From an uncultured delta proteobacterium (GTDB taxonomy: Bacteria > Myxococcota_A > Polyangia > Fen-1088): DNA of 64,000 nt. Under the pieces are notes generated by a model, which saw only the letters and a list, made by a program, of their open reading frames with translations, did no database searches and was not told the DNA's origin. Position 1 is the first letter of the stretch. The number at the start of each line of letters is the position of its first letter. Of the stretch, positions 19,899 through 29,286 are shown in pieces. The position numbers and the translations under genes were made by a program. Where the stretch lies: assembly GCA_963767925.1 (NCBI GenBank), contig CAVYGB010000002.1, forward strand, positions 1,472,001 to 1,536,000. The letters run 5' to 3'.

Positions 19899-20300
19899 TC
19901 AGCCGGGCGGGTCGGCGATCAGGCGCTGCAGGACCTCGCCCCGCAGCAGATCGGGGAGGCGCTCGAGCAAGGGGACCAGATCGCCGCTCAGGCGGTGGGC
20001 CTCGGCCGGTCCGGTGGTGCGGGCGGCTTGCAGGACGACGGCGGCCGAGCTGGCCACCCGGTCGAGGCCCAGGGTGGCGGCGGTGCCCTTGATGTCGTGC
20101 ACGCACATCTCGACGTCGTCCTTGCCGAGCTGGGCGGGGTCCTTGCGCAGCAGCGTGACGGCCTCGTTCACCCGGTCGGCGAAGAGCAGGTAGAGCTCGC
20201 GCAGCTCCTCGGGGGACATCAGCTCGCGCAGCTCCTGGACCCGGGCGTGGGCGGGCAGCAGGTCGTCGGCGGCCGGGGCCGGCTGGCTGGAGGGGATCAT
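19899..20300 (-). CDS. Stand-alone Hpt phosphotransfer protein
   Basis: HDIKGTAATLG, helical. Confidence 0.85.
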   Translation of the reverse strand: MIPSSQPAPAADDLLPAHARVQELRELMSPEELRELYLLFADRVNEAVTLLRKDPAQLGKDDVEMCVHDIKGTAATLGLDRVASSAAVVLQAARTTGPAEAHRLSGDLVPLLERLPDLLRGEVLQRLIADPPG

Positions 20301-20322
20301 CGGGGGCGTTTCCCTCGTCGGG

Positions 20323-21507
20323 TCATTCCGTCGCGGCGTACAGGTGATCCCAGATCTTCTTGGAGGCGCCCCCCATGGCGAACAGGCGGGCCTCGATCCG
20401 GTGCTGGCCGTCGGTCCGCTCGATCTTGAGGGGGGTAGCGAAGATCTCGAAGGCCTGGCCGGCGGCGGAGACGGCCAGCTTGATCACGAAGTTCTCCTTG
20501 GGGGCCTCGGGCAGGGTCATGGCGAGGCCGTCGGAGGCCACCGCGCTGATCACCCCGGGGACCGGCCGCTCGCGGTTCAGCCAGGCAACCTCCCAGCGGA
20601 CCGGCTTCACGGTCCCCCGCAAGGTGGCGCCGGGGTGGCTCACCTTGGAAGCGGCGGGGGGGGCCAGGGGTCTGGTGCCGGGGAACATCTCCAGGAGCTG
20701 GGAGGTCTCGGCGGCGATCTGGGGCAGGGCCCGGGCCAGGGCGGTCGCGAGATCCCACTCCACGCCCGACAGCTTCGCCAGGTGATCCTCGGTGATGGCG
20801 GGGTGCTGCTCGAGGAGGGTGACCAGCCGGTCAGAGAGGGCCACCAGCTCGACCATGGGCCGGTAGAGGAGGGAGGACTTCTCCGGCATGTGGTGGCAGA
20901 GGATGACCTCGGCGATGAGGGGCGGCAGGTCCCAGCGAACCGCGGTGATGTGGCCGAGGAGGATGTGAAACTGGTCGACCAGGGTCATCCAGCTCTCGGC
21001 GGTGCGCTGCTTCTCATCGGGGTAGTCGGCCAGCAGGTCCTCGAGGGCGCTGAGGGCGACGATCCAGCCGAAGTCGTGCAGGAGGCCGCAGGCGAAGGCG
21101 TCGGCGGCCCGCCCGCCCCGGTGCTGGGCGGCGAAGCGGCAGATCATGGCGCTGGTGACGCTGCGGCGCCAGGCGAGCAGGCGGAGCTGGGCCAGGGGGC
21201 CGTCGTTGGTGGCGAGATCGGCGGCCCGGACGGCCAGCGCGATGTTGGGCAGCGCCTCCACCTGGATGCGGGCGATGGCGTCGGGCACCGAGGCGACCGG
21301 GACCAGGTCCTTGAAGTCGCCGGTGTTGGCGGCGCGCAGGACGGCCGCGGCGAGCGGGGGGTCGAGCGACACCACCTCGGCCAGCGCGCTGGCGGTGCCC
21401 TTCGATTCGTGCATCACCTTGTGGATGCGCATCGCGCTGGTAGGCGCGGAGGGAACCCGCACCTTGCCGCTGGCGATCACGTCTGTGAGTATCGGTCCGT
21501 CGATCAT
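20323..21507 (-). CDS. HDOD domain protein
   Basis: DPPLAAAVLRAAN, GLLHDFG, RWDLP....EVILCHH. Confidence 0.9.
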   Translation of the reverse strand: MIDGPILTDVIASGKVRVPSAPTSAMRIHKVMHESKGTASALAEVVSLDPPLAAAVLRAANTGDFKDLVPVASVPDAIARIQVEALPNIALAVRAADLATNDGPLAQLRLLAWRRSVTSAMICRFAAQHRGGRAADAFACGLLHDFGWIVALSALEDLLADYPDEKQRTAESWMTLVDQFHILLGHITAVRWDLPPLIAEVILCHHMPEKSSLLYRPMVELVALSDRLVTLLEQHPAITEDHLAKLSGVEWDLATALARALPQIAAETSQLLEMFPGTRPLAPPAASKVSHPGATLRGTVKPVRWEVAWLNRERPVPGVISAVASDGLAMTLPEAPKENFVIKLAVSAAGQAFEIFATPLKIERTDGQHRIEARLFAMGGASKKIWDHLYAATE

Positions 21508-21534
21508 GCCGGCGGCCTCGCCTGTCCTTCTCCG

Positions 21535-22082
21535 TCAGGAACTTCGGATGAACGGGGCGCCGCTTGAGGCGGGGTGGGCCCACATGTCGGGCGGGAGCCG
21601 ATCGCCGACCAGCTTGGCGTCGGACAGCGCGACCGCGCCGTCGGCCTTGCTGGCGGCGGGGGCGCCGGGGCCGGCCTCCACGGTGCCCTCCACAACCTGG
21701 AAGATCTGGCTCAGGCGGACGGCGTAGGGGCGGGGGCCGGACGGCATCCGGTCTGCAGCACCGTCATGCGCGCCCAGGCGAACACGAACCCCACCCCCGA
21801 CCCCAGCGCCCGCGACACGAAGTGATACTCCCCGCCCGCGTGGGGGTAGGCCGTCGCCAGCTCCGCGTAGCAGAAGGCCCCCAGCAGCGAGACAACCCCG
21901 CCCGCCACCCAGAGCAGCAGGAAGGCCACCTCCGAGGCGCTGTTGCCCGCCACGAGCTGCGGCGTCCGGAAGATCCCGACCCCCAGCACCAGCCCCACCC
22001 CCAGCACCACCGCGTCGAGCGTGCTGAGCGATCGCCCCGGCGAGGCGCCTTCCCGACCGGGGCTGACCGGCGCCGCGTTCAA
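21535..22082 (-). pseudogene. Truncated APC amino-acid permease N-terminus joined to an unrelated fragment
   Basis: GVGIFRTP, YAELATAYPHAGGEY; breaks off after about three TMs at ~21750. Confidence 0.8.
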
Positions 22083-22510
22083 GGCGTCAGACCATCTCCG
22101 CGCGTGGCGCGGTCCAGCCCGACCGGCGGCCAGCCCGGTTGCAAGGCGCGAACCGCGCGGGCGCGAGCACGGCATCACCTTGCAACGCCCCGCCTCCGAC
22201 CGCAACAAGACCCACCCCGTTGCAAAGTCCCCCCGATACCGCGGTAGGTGGAGCGGGCGTGACGATCGACCTCGGCCGGCGATCGCGGTGCGTGGTTCCG
22301 GCGGGACACGCGGGTGGCGGGTGTGGGGCGTGGCGTTGGCGGAGCGGAAAGAGAATCGCCGTGAAAAAAGCGACGTTTGGAAATGGAGCGTCGTCGGTGT
22401 CGGGTTTATTGCACGGGCCGATCCGGTGTATGGGTGCACATGAGCGCTGGGGGGTTGGGTTCGTTGCGCGTGGCGGAGAGAGGGAGAAGGGGTGTGTTAG
22501 ATCGTCGGGG

Positions 22511-23980
22511 ATGTCGGCCCGCAGCGTCGTCGGTCTGCTGCTCCTGGGGGGCTGCGCCGCGACGCCCAGCGCTCACACCACCATGAGCATGCCGCCAGCC
22601 TTCGCCACCCGCACCGTCGGGGATCTCGGTGTCCAGCCGAAGAACCTCGAGCAGATCACCTCCTTCGTCGAATCGATCGGCCGGGGGTGGGGGGAGGTCT
22701 CGCGCTTCAACGGCATCGTCCTGGTGGCGCAGCACGATCAGCCGATCTACACGCAGGCCTTCGGCCTGGTGGATCGCGAGCGCAAGCGGGCCGCCACCGC
22801 CGATACGTCGTTCCGCATCGGCTCGATCACCAAGCAGTTCACGGCGGCGGCCATCCTCCGGCTCGAGCAGACCGGCAAGCTGTCGGTCGACGATCCGGTC
22901 CGCAAGCACCTGCCCGAATATTCCGGTCCGGGCAAAGACGTCACCATCCACCAGCTCCTCACCCACACCGCCGGCATCCCCAGCTACACCGCCGATCCCT
23001 CGGTCGTCGCCCGCAAGGGCGAGCGCTGGACGGTGCCCGCGCTGCTCAACACCTTCTCGCGCAAGCCGCTCGACTTCCCGCCCGGCACCGACCACGCCTA
23101 CTCGAACTCCGGCTACGCCATCCTCGGCGCCATCGTCGAGCGGGCGGGCGGCCGTGACTACGCCACCTTCCTGCGCCAGGAGCTGTTTTCACCGGCCGGC
23201 ATGACCCGCACGGTGGCGGGCGACGCCGAGCGCGACCTCGACCGCGCGGTCGGCTACACGGCCCGGGCCGGCGAGCTGATGCCGGCCGACCCCATCGACA
23301 TGTCGCTCCCCTTCGCCGCCGGGGGCGTCCGCTCGACCGCCAGCGATCTCGTGCGCTGGCACCGGGCCCTCGAGGGCGAGAGCATCCTGGCCGGGAAGGC
23401 CCGGGCCAAGCTCTACACCCCCGCGCTGGCCAACTACGCCTACGGCTGGGTGGTCGAGGAGATCTTCGGCCGCCGGGCCCTCTGGCACAACGGGGGCATC
23501 GACGGCTTTCACGCGGACTACTGGCGGGTGCCGGAGGCCGACCTGGTCGTCGTCGTCCTCGGCAACGCGGCCGAGCTCGACACCCAGCCCATCGCCAAGG
23601 CCGCCCTGGCCGCGGCCTTCGGGCAGGTGCTGCAGGCCCTGCCCCAGCCCCGGCCCATCGATCTCGACCCGACCCTCATCCCCCGCCTGACCGGCACCTA
23701 CCGCATCACGGTCGACAGCCGGCGGTCGCTGATCGAGGGCAAGGCCCCCACCAAGCTCATCAATAGCATCCTCACCGTGACCGTCACGGCGATCGACGGC
23801 GGCATCTTGATGAAGCCCAACGGTCAGGACGCCGTGCGCCTGGCGCCCACCGGCATCGCCGAGTTCTTCGACCCGACCTCCAACCTCAAGGCGTCGTTCG
23901 ACTTCGCCCGCACCCGCTCCGCCCTCCGCCTCACCGTCGAGCAGGGCTGGCTCAAGATCATCTACCGCCGCGCCCGCTGA
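22511..23980 (+). CDS. Serine hydrolase, beta-lactamase/AmpC-like family lipoprotein
   Basis: SITK, LLTHTAG, YSN, HNG; LLGGC lipobox. Confidence 0.92.
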   Translation: MSARSVVGLLLLGGCAATPSAHTTMSMPPAFATRTVGDLGVQPKNLEQITSFVESIGRGWGEVSRFNGIVLVAQHDQPIYTQAFGLVDRERKRAATADTSFRIGSITKQFTAAAILRLEQTGKLSVDDPVRKHLPEYSGPGKDVTIHQLLTHTAGIPSYTADPSVVARKGERWTVPALLNTFSRKPLDFPPGTDHAYSNSGYAILGAIVERAGGRDYATFLRQELFSPAGMTRTVAGDAERDLDRAVGYTARAGELMPADPIDMSLPFAAGGVRSTASDLVRWHRALEGESILAGKARAKLYTPALANYAYGWVVEEIFGRRALWHNGGIDGFHADYWRVPEADLVVVVLGNAAELDTQPIAKAALAAAFGQVLQALPQPRPIDLDPTLIPRLTGTYRITVDSRRSLIEGKAPTKLINSILTVTVTAIDGGILMKPNGQDAVRLAPTGIAEFFDPTSNLKASFDFARTRSALRLTVEQGWLKIIYRRAR

Positions 23981-24002
23981 GCCCGCGTCCGGGGCGCGCC
24001 GC

Positions 24003-24389
24003 TCAGGCCGCGTGTTGCTCGCGCACCCGCTCGATCGTGGCCATGAGCTGATCGCGCAGGAAGGGCTTCTTGAGGTAGGCCGCCGCGCCAGCGTCGAGGC
24101 CCCGCTGGATGTCGTTCTCCTTGCCCTCCGTGCTGACGATGATGACGGGGATCCGGGCGAATACGGGGTTGGCCTTGGCGTGGCCGAGGAACTCGAAGCC
24201 GTTGACCTGAGGCATGTTGATGTCGAGCACGATAAGGTCGATGTCCGCGTGCTCGGCCAGCCGCTGCAGGCCTTCCCGGCCGTCCATGGCGTACACCAGC
24301 ACGTGGGAGCGCAACATCAGCTCATACATCCGGTGGACGAGCTTGGAGTCCTCCACCACCAGGATCTTCTTGACCTTCTCCGTGTTCAC
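24003..24389 (-). CDS. Single-domain response regulator (CheY-like), copy 1
   Basis: ILVVEDS, LDINMP, VSTEG, KPF; GGAGGG RBS. Confidence 0.92.
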   Translation of the reverse strand: MNTEKVKKILVVEDSKLVHRMYELMLRSHVLVYAMDGREGLQRLAEHADIDLIVLDINMPQVNGFEFLGHAKANPVFARIPVIIVSTEGKENDIQRGLDAGAAAYLKKPFLRDQLMATIERVREQHAA

Positions 24390-24654
24390 AGAAACCCTCC
24401 TGCCGCCCAGTGCGCCCCTGCTGCCGGGTGCCAAGCTGTGCGTGGTCCCCCCAAGGCATAGTTCGTCCGCACGCGACGGTGACTTGAGCGTCCGGGCGCG
24501 TAACGCCCGCCGCAGGTGGTCGGCGCCCCAGGTCCGGTCCCGGGGGAGTCCCTGGTGGCTCCACCCCTCAAGTCTATTCAGCGCTCCGACGAATCTACGG
24601 AACGGTGGGTGGTAAGCGGAAATCTGTCCGGAGGCTTTCGTACCGGAGGCTGGG

Positions 24655-25044
24655 GTGAGCAACGAAAAAATCCACAAGATCCTCGTCGTCGACGATTCCA
24701 AGCTGATTCACAAGATGTACGAGGTGATGCTGCGGCCCCACGTCCTGATCTACGCCCTCAACGGCCGGGAAGGGCTGCAGAAGCTCGGGGAACACGCCGA
24801 CATCGATCTCATCCTCCTCGACATCAACATGCCCCAGATCAACGGCCTCGAGTTCCTGGGCCACGCCAAGGCCAACTCCGTCTTCGCGAAGGTCCCGGTG
24901 GTCATCGTCAGCACCGAGGGTAAAGACGACGACATTTTGCGTGGCCTCAAGGCGGGGGCAGCCGCCTACATCAAGAAGCCCTTCCAGCGCGAGCAGCTGA
25001 TCCAGGTCATCGGTCGGATGCAGGCGCACGAGAGCGCAGCATGA
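24655..25044 (+). CDS. Single-domain response regulator (CheY-like), copy 2
   Basis: ILVVDDS, LDINMP, VSTEG, KPF. Confidence 0.92.
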   Translation: MSNEKIHKILVVDDSKLIHKMYEVMLRPHVLIYALNGREGLQKLGEHADIDLILLDINMPQINGLEFLGHAKANSVFAKVPVVIVSTEGKDDDILRGLKAGAAAYIKKPFQREQLIQVIGRMQAHESAA

Positions 25045-25841
25045 CCCGCACCGGACCGGCATCGGCCATCGGCGTCACGCCGGCGCCGGATGCGGGCCCC
25101 CTCCGCGGGCCCGAGGACGAGGTGCTGGCCGGGGCCGCGGGGGCCCTCGATCGGGCCAAGGCCCTGCTGCCCCAGCTCGAGGCGGCCATGGAGATGGCCA
25201 CCGCCCACATGGACCGGGCCCGCGACACCTACCGCCGGGCCGAAGGGGTGGCCCGCCGCCTGCGCGATAACGAGGGGGAGCGGGAGGACCTGATGGCCCG
25301 CCTGCGCGACAGCGAGACGCAGATCGGGCGCCTCATGACCCTCTACGTCGCCACCTACCAGCTCCACTGCACCCTCAACCCCGAGGAGGTGCAGTCCACC
25401 ATCGTCGAGATTGTGCTCAACCTGCTCGGCGCCGAGAGCTTCGTCTTGCTGCTGCAGGCCCAGCAGTCCACCCACTACGACATCACCATCGCCCACACGA
25501 CCGACGGCGTGTTGCCGCCCCCCTTCGACGGCGGGCGCTACGAGAGCGGCGACCCTCTGGTCGACGCCACCTTGCACGACGGGGCCCTCATGTTCGGGCC
25601 GGCCGACGGCTCGGTGGCCCTGGCGGCGGTCCCCCTGCGGGTGCAGGACATGATCGTGGGGGCCCTGGTGGTGTTCAAGCTGCTGGCCCACAAGTCCAAC
25701 TTCCAGAGCGAGGACAGCGAGCTGTTCGACCTCATCGGGGCCCACGCCGCCTCTGCCCTGCTCGCTTCTCGCGTGTACGCCGGGATGGCGCGCAAGCTGC
25801 GCACGCTGGAGGAGCTCATCAGTCTGGTCAAGGGCGGCTAG
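25041..25841 (+). CDS. Coiled-coil + GAF domain protein
   Basis: LAAVPLRVQDMIVGALVV, DSELFDLIGAHAASAL. Confidence 0.8.
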   Translation: MTRTGPASAIGVTPAPDAGPLRGPEDEVLAGAAGALDRAKALLPQLEAAMEMATAHMDRARDTYRRAEGVARRLRDNEGEREDLMARLRDSETQIGRLMTLYVATYQLHCTLNPEEVQSTIVEIVLNLLGAESFVLLLQAQQSTHYDITIAHTTDGVLPPPFDGGRYESGDPLVDATLHDGALMFGPADGSVALAAVPLRVQDMIVGALVVFKLLAHKSNFQSEDSELFDLIGAHAASALLASRVYAGMARKLRTLEELISLVKGG

Positions 25842-25889
25842 TGGCGCCGGCGGACGGGGACATGCCCGGGACGGGACGCTGGTAGGCCC

Positions 25890-27530
25890 ATGAGCCTGAA
25901 GGGAAACCTCGAGGACGTCTCCGTCGTCGACGTTATCCAGTTCATTTACATCGGCGGTCGCACCGGCACCCTCGGGTTCCGGGCCAACGAGGCGGAGGCC
26001 CGCCTGGGCTTTCAGCGCGGGCGCATCACCAACGCCTGGCGCACGGGCGCGCCCCGCCTGGGCGAGCTGCTGGTGGCAGCCAGCGCCCTCGACGAGCCCA
26101 ACCTCAAGCGGGCCCTCATCAACCAGGAGGCCGAGCGCCCGCGCCGCTCGATCGGGCAGGTGCTGATCAGCCTGGGTTTGGTGCCCCAGGAGAAGATCCA
26201 CGAGGTCCTGGCCCGCCACTTCGCCTCGCTGGTGCAGGAGATCGTGACGCTCCAGCGCGGCACCTTCGAGTTCGTCCTCGACGACGTCTGGCCGGTCGAG
26301 GACCTGACCGCCTTCCCCGGCGACGTCGCGGCCAAGGTCGAGCTCGACACCCAGATGGTCCTGCTCGAAGCGCTCAGCGCCCTCGACGAGATGAGGCGCG
26401 ACGGCCGCCCGGGCCCCGGCATCGACCCGGCCAACGAGGAGTTCGTCTCCGAGCGCACCCTCACCGACGACGAGGTGGTGGCGGCCCTGACCGCCGAGCC
26501 GGGCGCCTCGCTGGCCGCCGCCGGGCACGCCACCCCCACCCCCACCCCGGTGGCCCGCTCCAGCTTCTCCAGCACCAGCCTGCCGGTGATGGCCACCTTC
26601 CCGCGCATCCAGGTGGTCACCACCGACACCGGCCTGGCCGAACGGCTGCGCAACGCCCTGGCCACCGAGAACGCCCGGGTCTCGGCGGTCCCCGCCCGCG
26701 ACGCCGGCTCCACCTTGCCGGGCGAGTCGGCCCCCATCGTCGTCATCGACATCCGGGGCTCCTCCCTCAGCGTCGAGTCGATCCGGGCCCTGCGCCGCAC
26801 CCGCCCCCGGGCCTCGGTGGTGGCCTATTGCCAGCCCCACGTCCCCCTCAACCAGGTCTACGACGCCGGCGCCGCCGCCGCCGTCCACGGCGACGAGACC
26901 GCCCTGGCCGCCTGCGTGCGGGGCATGTACCGCTCGCGCACCGAGCTGTCGACCGAGAGCCTGGTGGCAGACGGCATCCGGGAGGGCTTCGCCCGCCTGC
27001 GCCGGATCGTGGGGGAGCTGCGCTCGGGCCTGCTCAGCACCACCGTCTCGCTCAACCTCATGAACGCGGTGGCCGAGTCGCTCGACCGGGCCATCCTGTT
27101 CGTGATCCAGCAGGACCTGCTCATCCCCCTGGGCGCCTTCGGCGTCGTCTCCTCGGGCAAGAAGCTGTTCGAGCTGAGCCGCAACCTGCAGATCAGCCTG
27201 CGCGAGCCCTCGGTCTTCACCGAGTGTGTCGAGACCGGGCGGGCCCGCCTGGCCCGCTACGAAGAGGCCAATTTGCCGAAGTCCTTCAAGGAGATCGTCA
27301 ACCGCCCCCGGGCCGGCCAGATCGCCGTCTTGCCCGTCTCGGGGAGCCAGCGGGTCATCGCCATCATCTACGTCGACAACGGCAACAAGGATCGCCCCAT
27401 CGCCGACATCCAGGTGCTCGAGCTTGCCGCCTTCCAGCTGGGCCTGGCCCTGGAGAACGAGTTCCTCCGGCGTGCGCGCGACACCGCCCGCGCCGCCGCT
27501 CGTTCGCCCCAGCTCCGCAACGCGAGCTGA
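25890..27530 (+). CDS. DUF4388 (PatA-N-like) protein with degenerate receiver-like and GAF domains
   Basis: LKGNLEDVSVVDVIQFI..GGRTG.L, RLGELLV, IIYVDN. Confidence 0.85.
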   Translation: MSLKGNLEDVSVVDVIQFIYIGGRTGTLGFRANEAEARLGFQRGRITNAWRTGAPRLGELLVAASALDEPNLKRALINQEAERPRRSIGQVLISLGLVPQEKIHEVLARHFASLVQEIVTLQRGTFEFVLDDVWPVEDLTAFPGDVAAKVELDTQMVLLEALSALDEMRRDGRPGPGIDPANEEFVSERTLTDDEVVAALTAEPGASLAAAGHATPTPTPVARSSFSSTSLPVMATFPRIQVVTTDTGLAERLRNALATENARVSAVPARDAGSTLPGESAPIVVIDIRGSSLSVESIRALRRTRPRASVVAYCQPHVPLNQVYDAGAAAAVHGDETALAACVRGMYRSRTELSTESLVADGIREGFARLRRIVGELRSGLLSTTVSLNLMNAVAESLDRAILFVIQQDLLIPLGAFGVVSSGKKLFELSRNLQISLREPSVFTECVETGRARLARYEEANLPKSFKEIVNRPRAGQIAVLPVSGSQRVIAIIYVDNGNKDRPIADIQVLELAAFQLGLALENEFLRRARDTARAAARSPQLRNAS

Positions 27531-27537
27531 GGCCCCC

Positions 27538-29286
27538 TTGCTCGATCCCCTGCTCGCCGGGCTGTTGCAGGACTACGTCGACGAGTGCCTGCCCCTGGCC
27601 CAGCAGGTGGGGGCCGCCGTGCTCGAGCTGGAGTCGGCCTGGGACGGCGGCGAGCGGGTCGAGGACGAGGAGGGCTCGCAGCCGCACCTGCGGGCCATCA
27701 AGAGCGCTCTGCACACAATCAAGGGCGGCTCGGCCATGCTGGGCTACACCCCCATCGAGGCCCTGGCCCACGGCCTGGAGGACGTCTGCGCCGCCGTCAC
27801 CGGGCAGCCCGAGCGGCGGGGACCCCGCGAGGTGGAGCTGCTGCTGGAGGGCGCCGATCTGCTGATCGGCCTCATCCAGAGCTCCGGGCAGGGTGAGGTC
27901 GATCCGGCCGCCAGCGACGCCTTCTTGCGCCACGTGGCCGAGGTCCTCAGCGCCGCCCCCAGCCGCCGGAGCCGCCCGGCCGAGGGCAAGAGCGCGCCCG
28001 AGTCGGCCGGGCGCACCCGCACCCAGGCCACCCCCATCCCCGCCGCCGCCGAGGACGCCACCTCCATCCGGATCGACGACAGCAAGGTCGACGAGCTGAT
28101 GGAGCTGGCCAGCGAGACGGTGGTGACCCACACCGAGCTGCTGGCGGTGCAGGCCCGCGCCGCCAAGGGGGCGCTGGGGCCCGCCGACCTGGCCACCTTC
28201 GACGCCGTGGTGACCGATCTCGGGCGCACCACCCGCCGCCTGCGCGAGGAGCTGCTGCGCATCCGCCTGATGCCGGTCTCCTCGCTGTTCGTGCGCTTTC
28301 GCCGCTACGTGCGCGACCTGGCCCGCGAGCGCGGCCAGGAGGTGCAGCTCACCATCGAGGGGGCCGAGACGACCCTCGACCGGGCGGTGCTCAGCCGCCT
28401 GCACGAGCCGCTGCTGCACATGGTGCGCAACGCCTTCGCCCACGGCATCGAGAAGCCGGAGGCCCGCCGGGCCGCGGGCAAGCCCGAGGAGGCCAACCTG
28501 CTGCTGGCCGCCAAGCTGGTCTCGGGCCGGGTCAAGATCGCGGTCGTCGACGACGGGCGGGGCCTGGACCTGGCGGCCATCGCCCGCAAGGGCCGCTCGC
28601 TGGGGGTGGAGACCGACGGCATGAGCGAGGAGGAGCTGCGCCGCCTCATCTTCATGCCGAACTTCTCGACCGCCGCCACCGTCTCGAACCTGGCCGGCCG
28701 GGGGGTGGGGCTCGACGTGGTGGCGGAGGCGATCTACAGCCTCGGGGGCTCGGTCGACGTCGAGAGCGCGCCGGGGGCGGGCACCGCCTTCCTGCTCAAC
28801 ATGCCGATCACCATCTCGCAGCTCAAGGCCCTGGTGGTGAGCGTCGATCGCGAGCTTTACATCGTGCCCCTGGGCTTCGTGCTCGAGAGCGTGGCGGTCG
28901 ACATGGCGGCCATCCACGAGGTGGGGCACGTGCCGGTGATGACCTGGCGGGGCGAGCTCATCCCGGTGACCGACGCCGGCGTCCTGGTCGGCACCGTCGC
29001 CGAGCGGGCCGCCCGCCGGGGCTACTGCGTGATCCTGTCGTCGGGTAGCCGCCGGCGGGGCCTGCTCGTCGACCGGCTGCTGCGGCGGCAGGACGTGGTC
29101 ATCAAGGCCCTCGACGAGTCGCTGGGCCCCAGCCACGTCGTCTTCGGGCTGAGCATCCTCGGCGACGGCCGGGTCGCCCCCATCCTCGATTGCGCCCAGA
29201 TCCTGGGCCAGACCATGGCCCCGCGTTCGGGCGGCGGCTGGCGAAAGGGAGCCGATGTCGGAGGACACGACCAGACGCGGCCTTGA
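27538..29286 (+). CDS. cheA: Chemotaxis-type histidine kinase CheA (no obvious P2)
   Basis: HTIKG Hpt, HMVRNAFAHGIE, DDGRGLD, GRGVGLDVV, C-terminal CheW-like domain. Confidence 0.95.
   Translation: MLDPLLAGLLQDYVDECLPLAQQVGAAVLELESAWDGGERVEDEEGSQPHLRAIKSALHTIKGGSAMLGYTPIEALAHGLEDVCAAVTGQPERRGPREVELLLEGADLLIGLIQSSGQGEVDPAASDAFLRHVAEVLSAAPSRRSRPAEGKSAPESAGRTRTQATPIPAAAEDATSIRIDDSKVDELMELASETVVTHTELLAVQARAAKGALGPADLATFDAVVTDLGRTTRRLREELLRIRLMPVSSLFVRFRRYVRDLARERGQEVQLTIEGAETTLDRAVLSRLHEPLLHMVRNAFAHGIEKPEARRAAGKPEEANLLLAAKLVSGRVKIAVVDDGRGLDLAAIARKGRSLGVETDGMSEEELRRLIFMPNFSTAATVSNLAGRGVGLDVVAEAIYSLGGSVDVESAPGAGTAFLLNMPITISQLKALVVSVDRELYIVPLGFVLESVAVDMAAIHEVGHVPVMTWRGELIPVTDAGVLVGTVAERAARRGYCVILSSGSRRRGLLVDRLLRRQDVVIKALDESLGPSHVVFGLSILGDGRVAPILDCAQILGQTMAPRSGGGWRKGADVGGHDQTRP

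Noticed and set aside
22511..23980. Bona fide beta-lactam resistance gene regulated by the BlaI/BlaR1 pair
   Set aside because: Motifs fit the broad serine hydrolase family; it is ~19 kb away and the BlaR1-like protein lacks a penicillin-binding domain.
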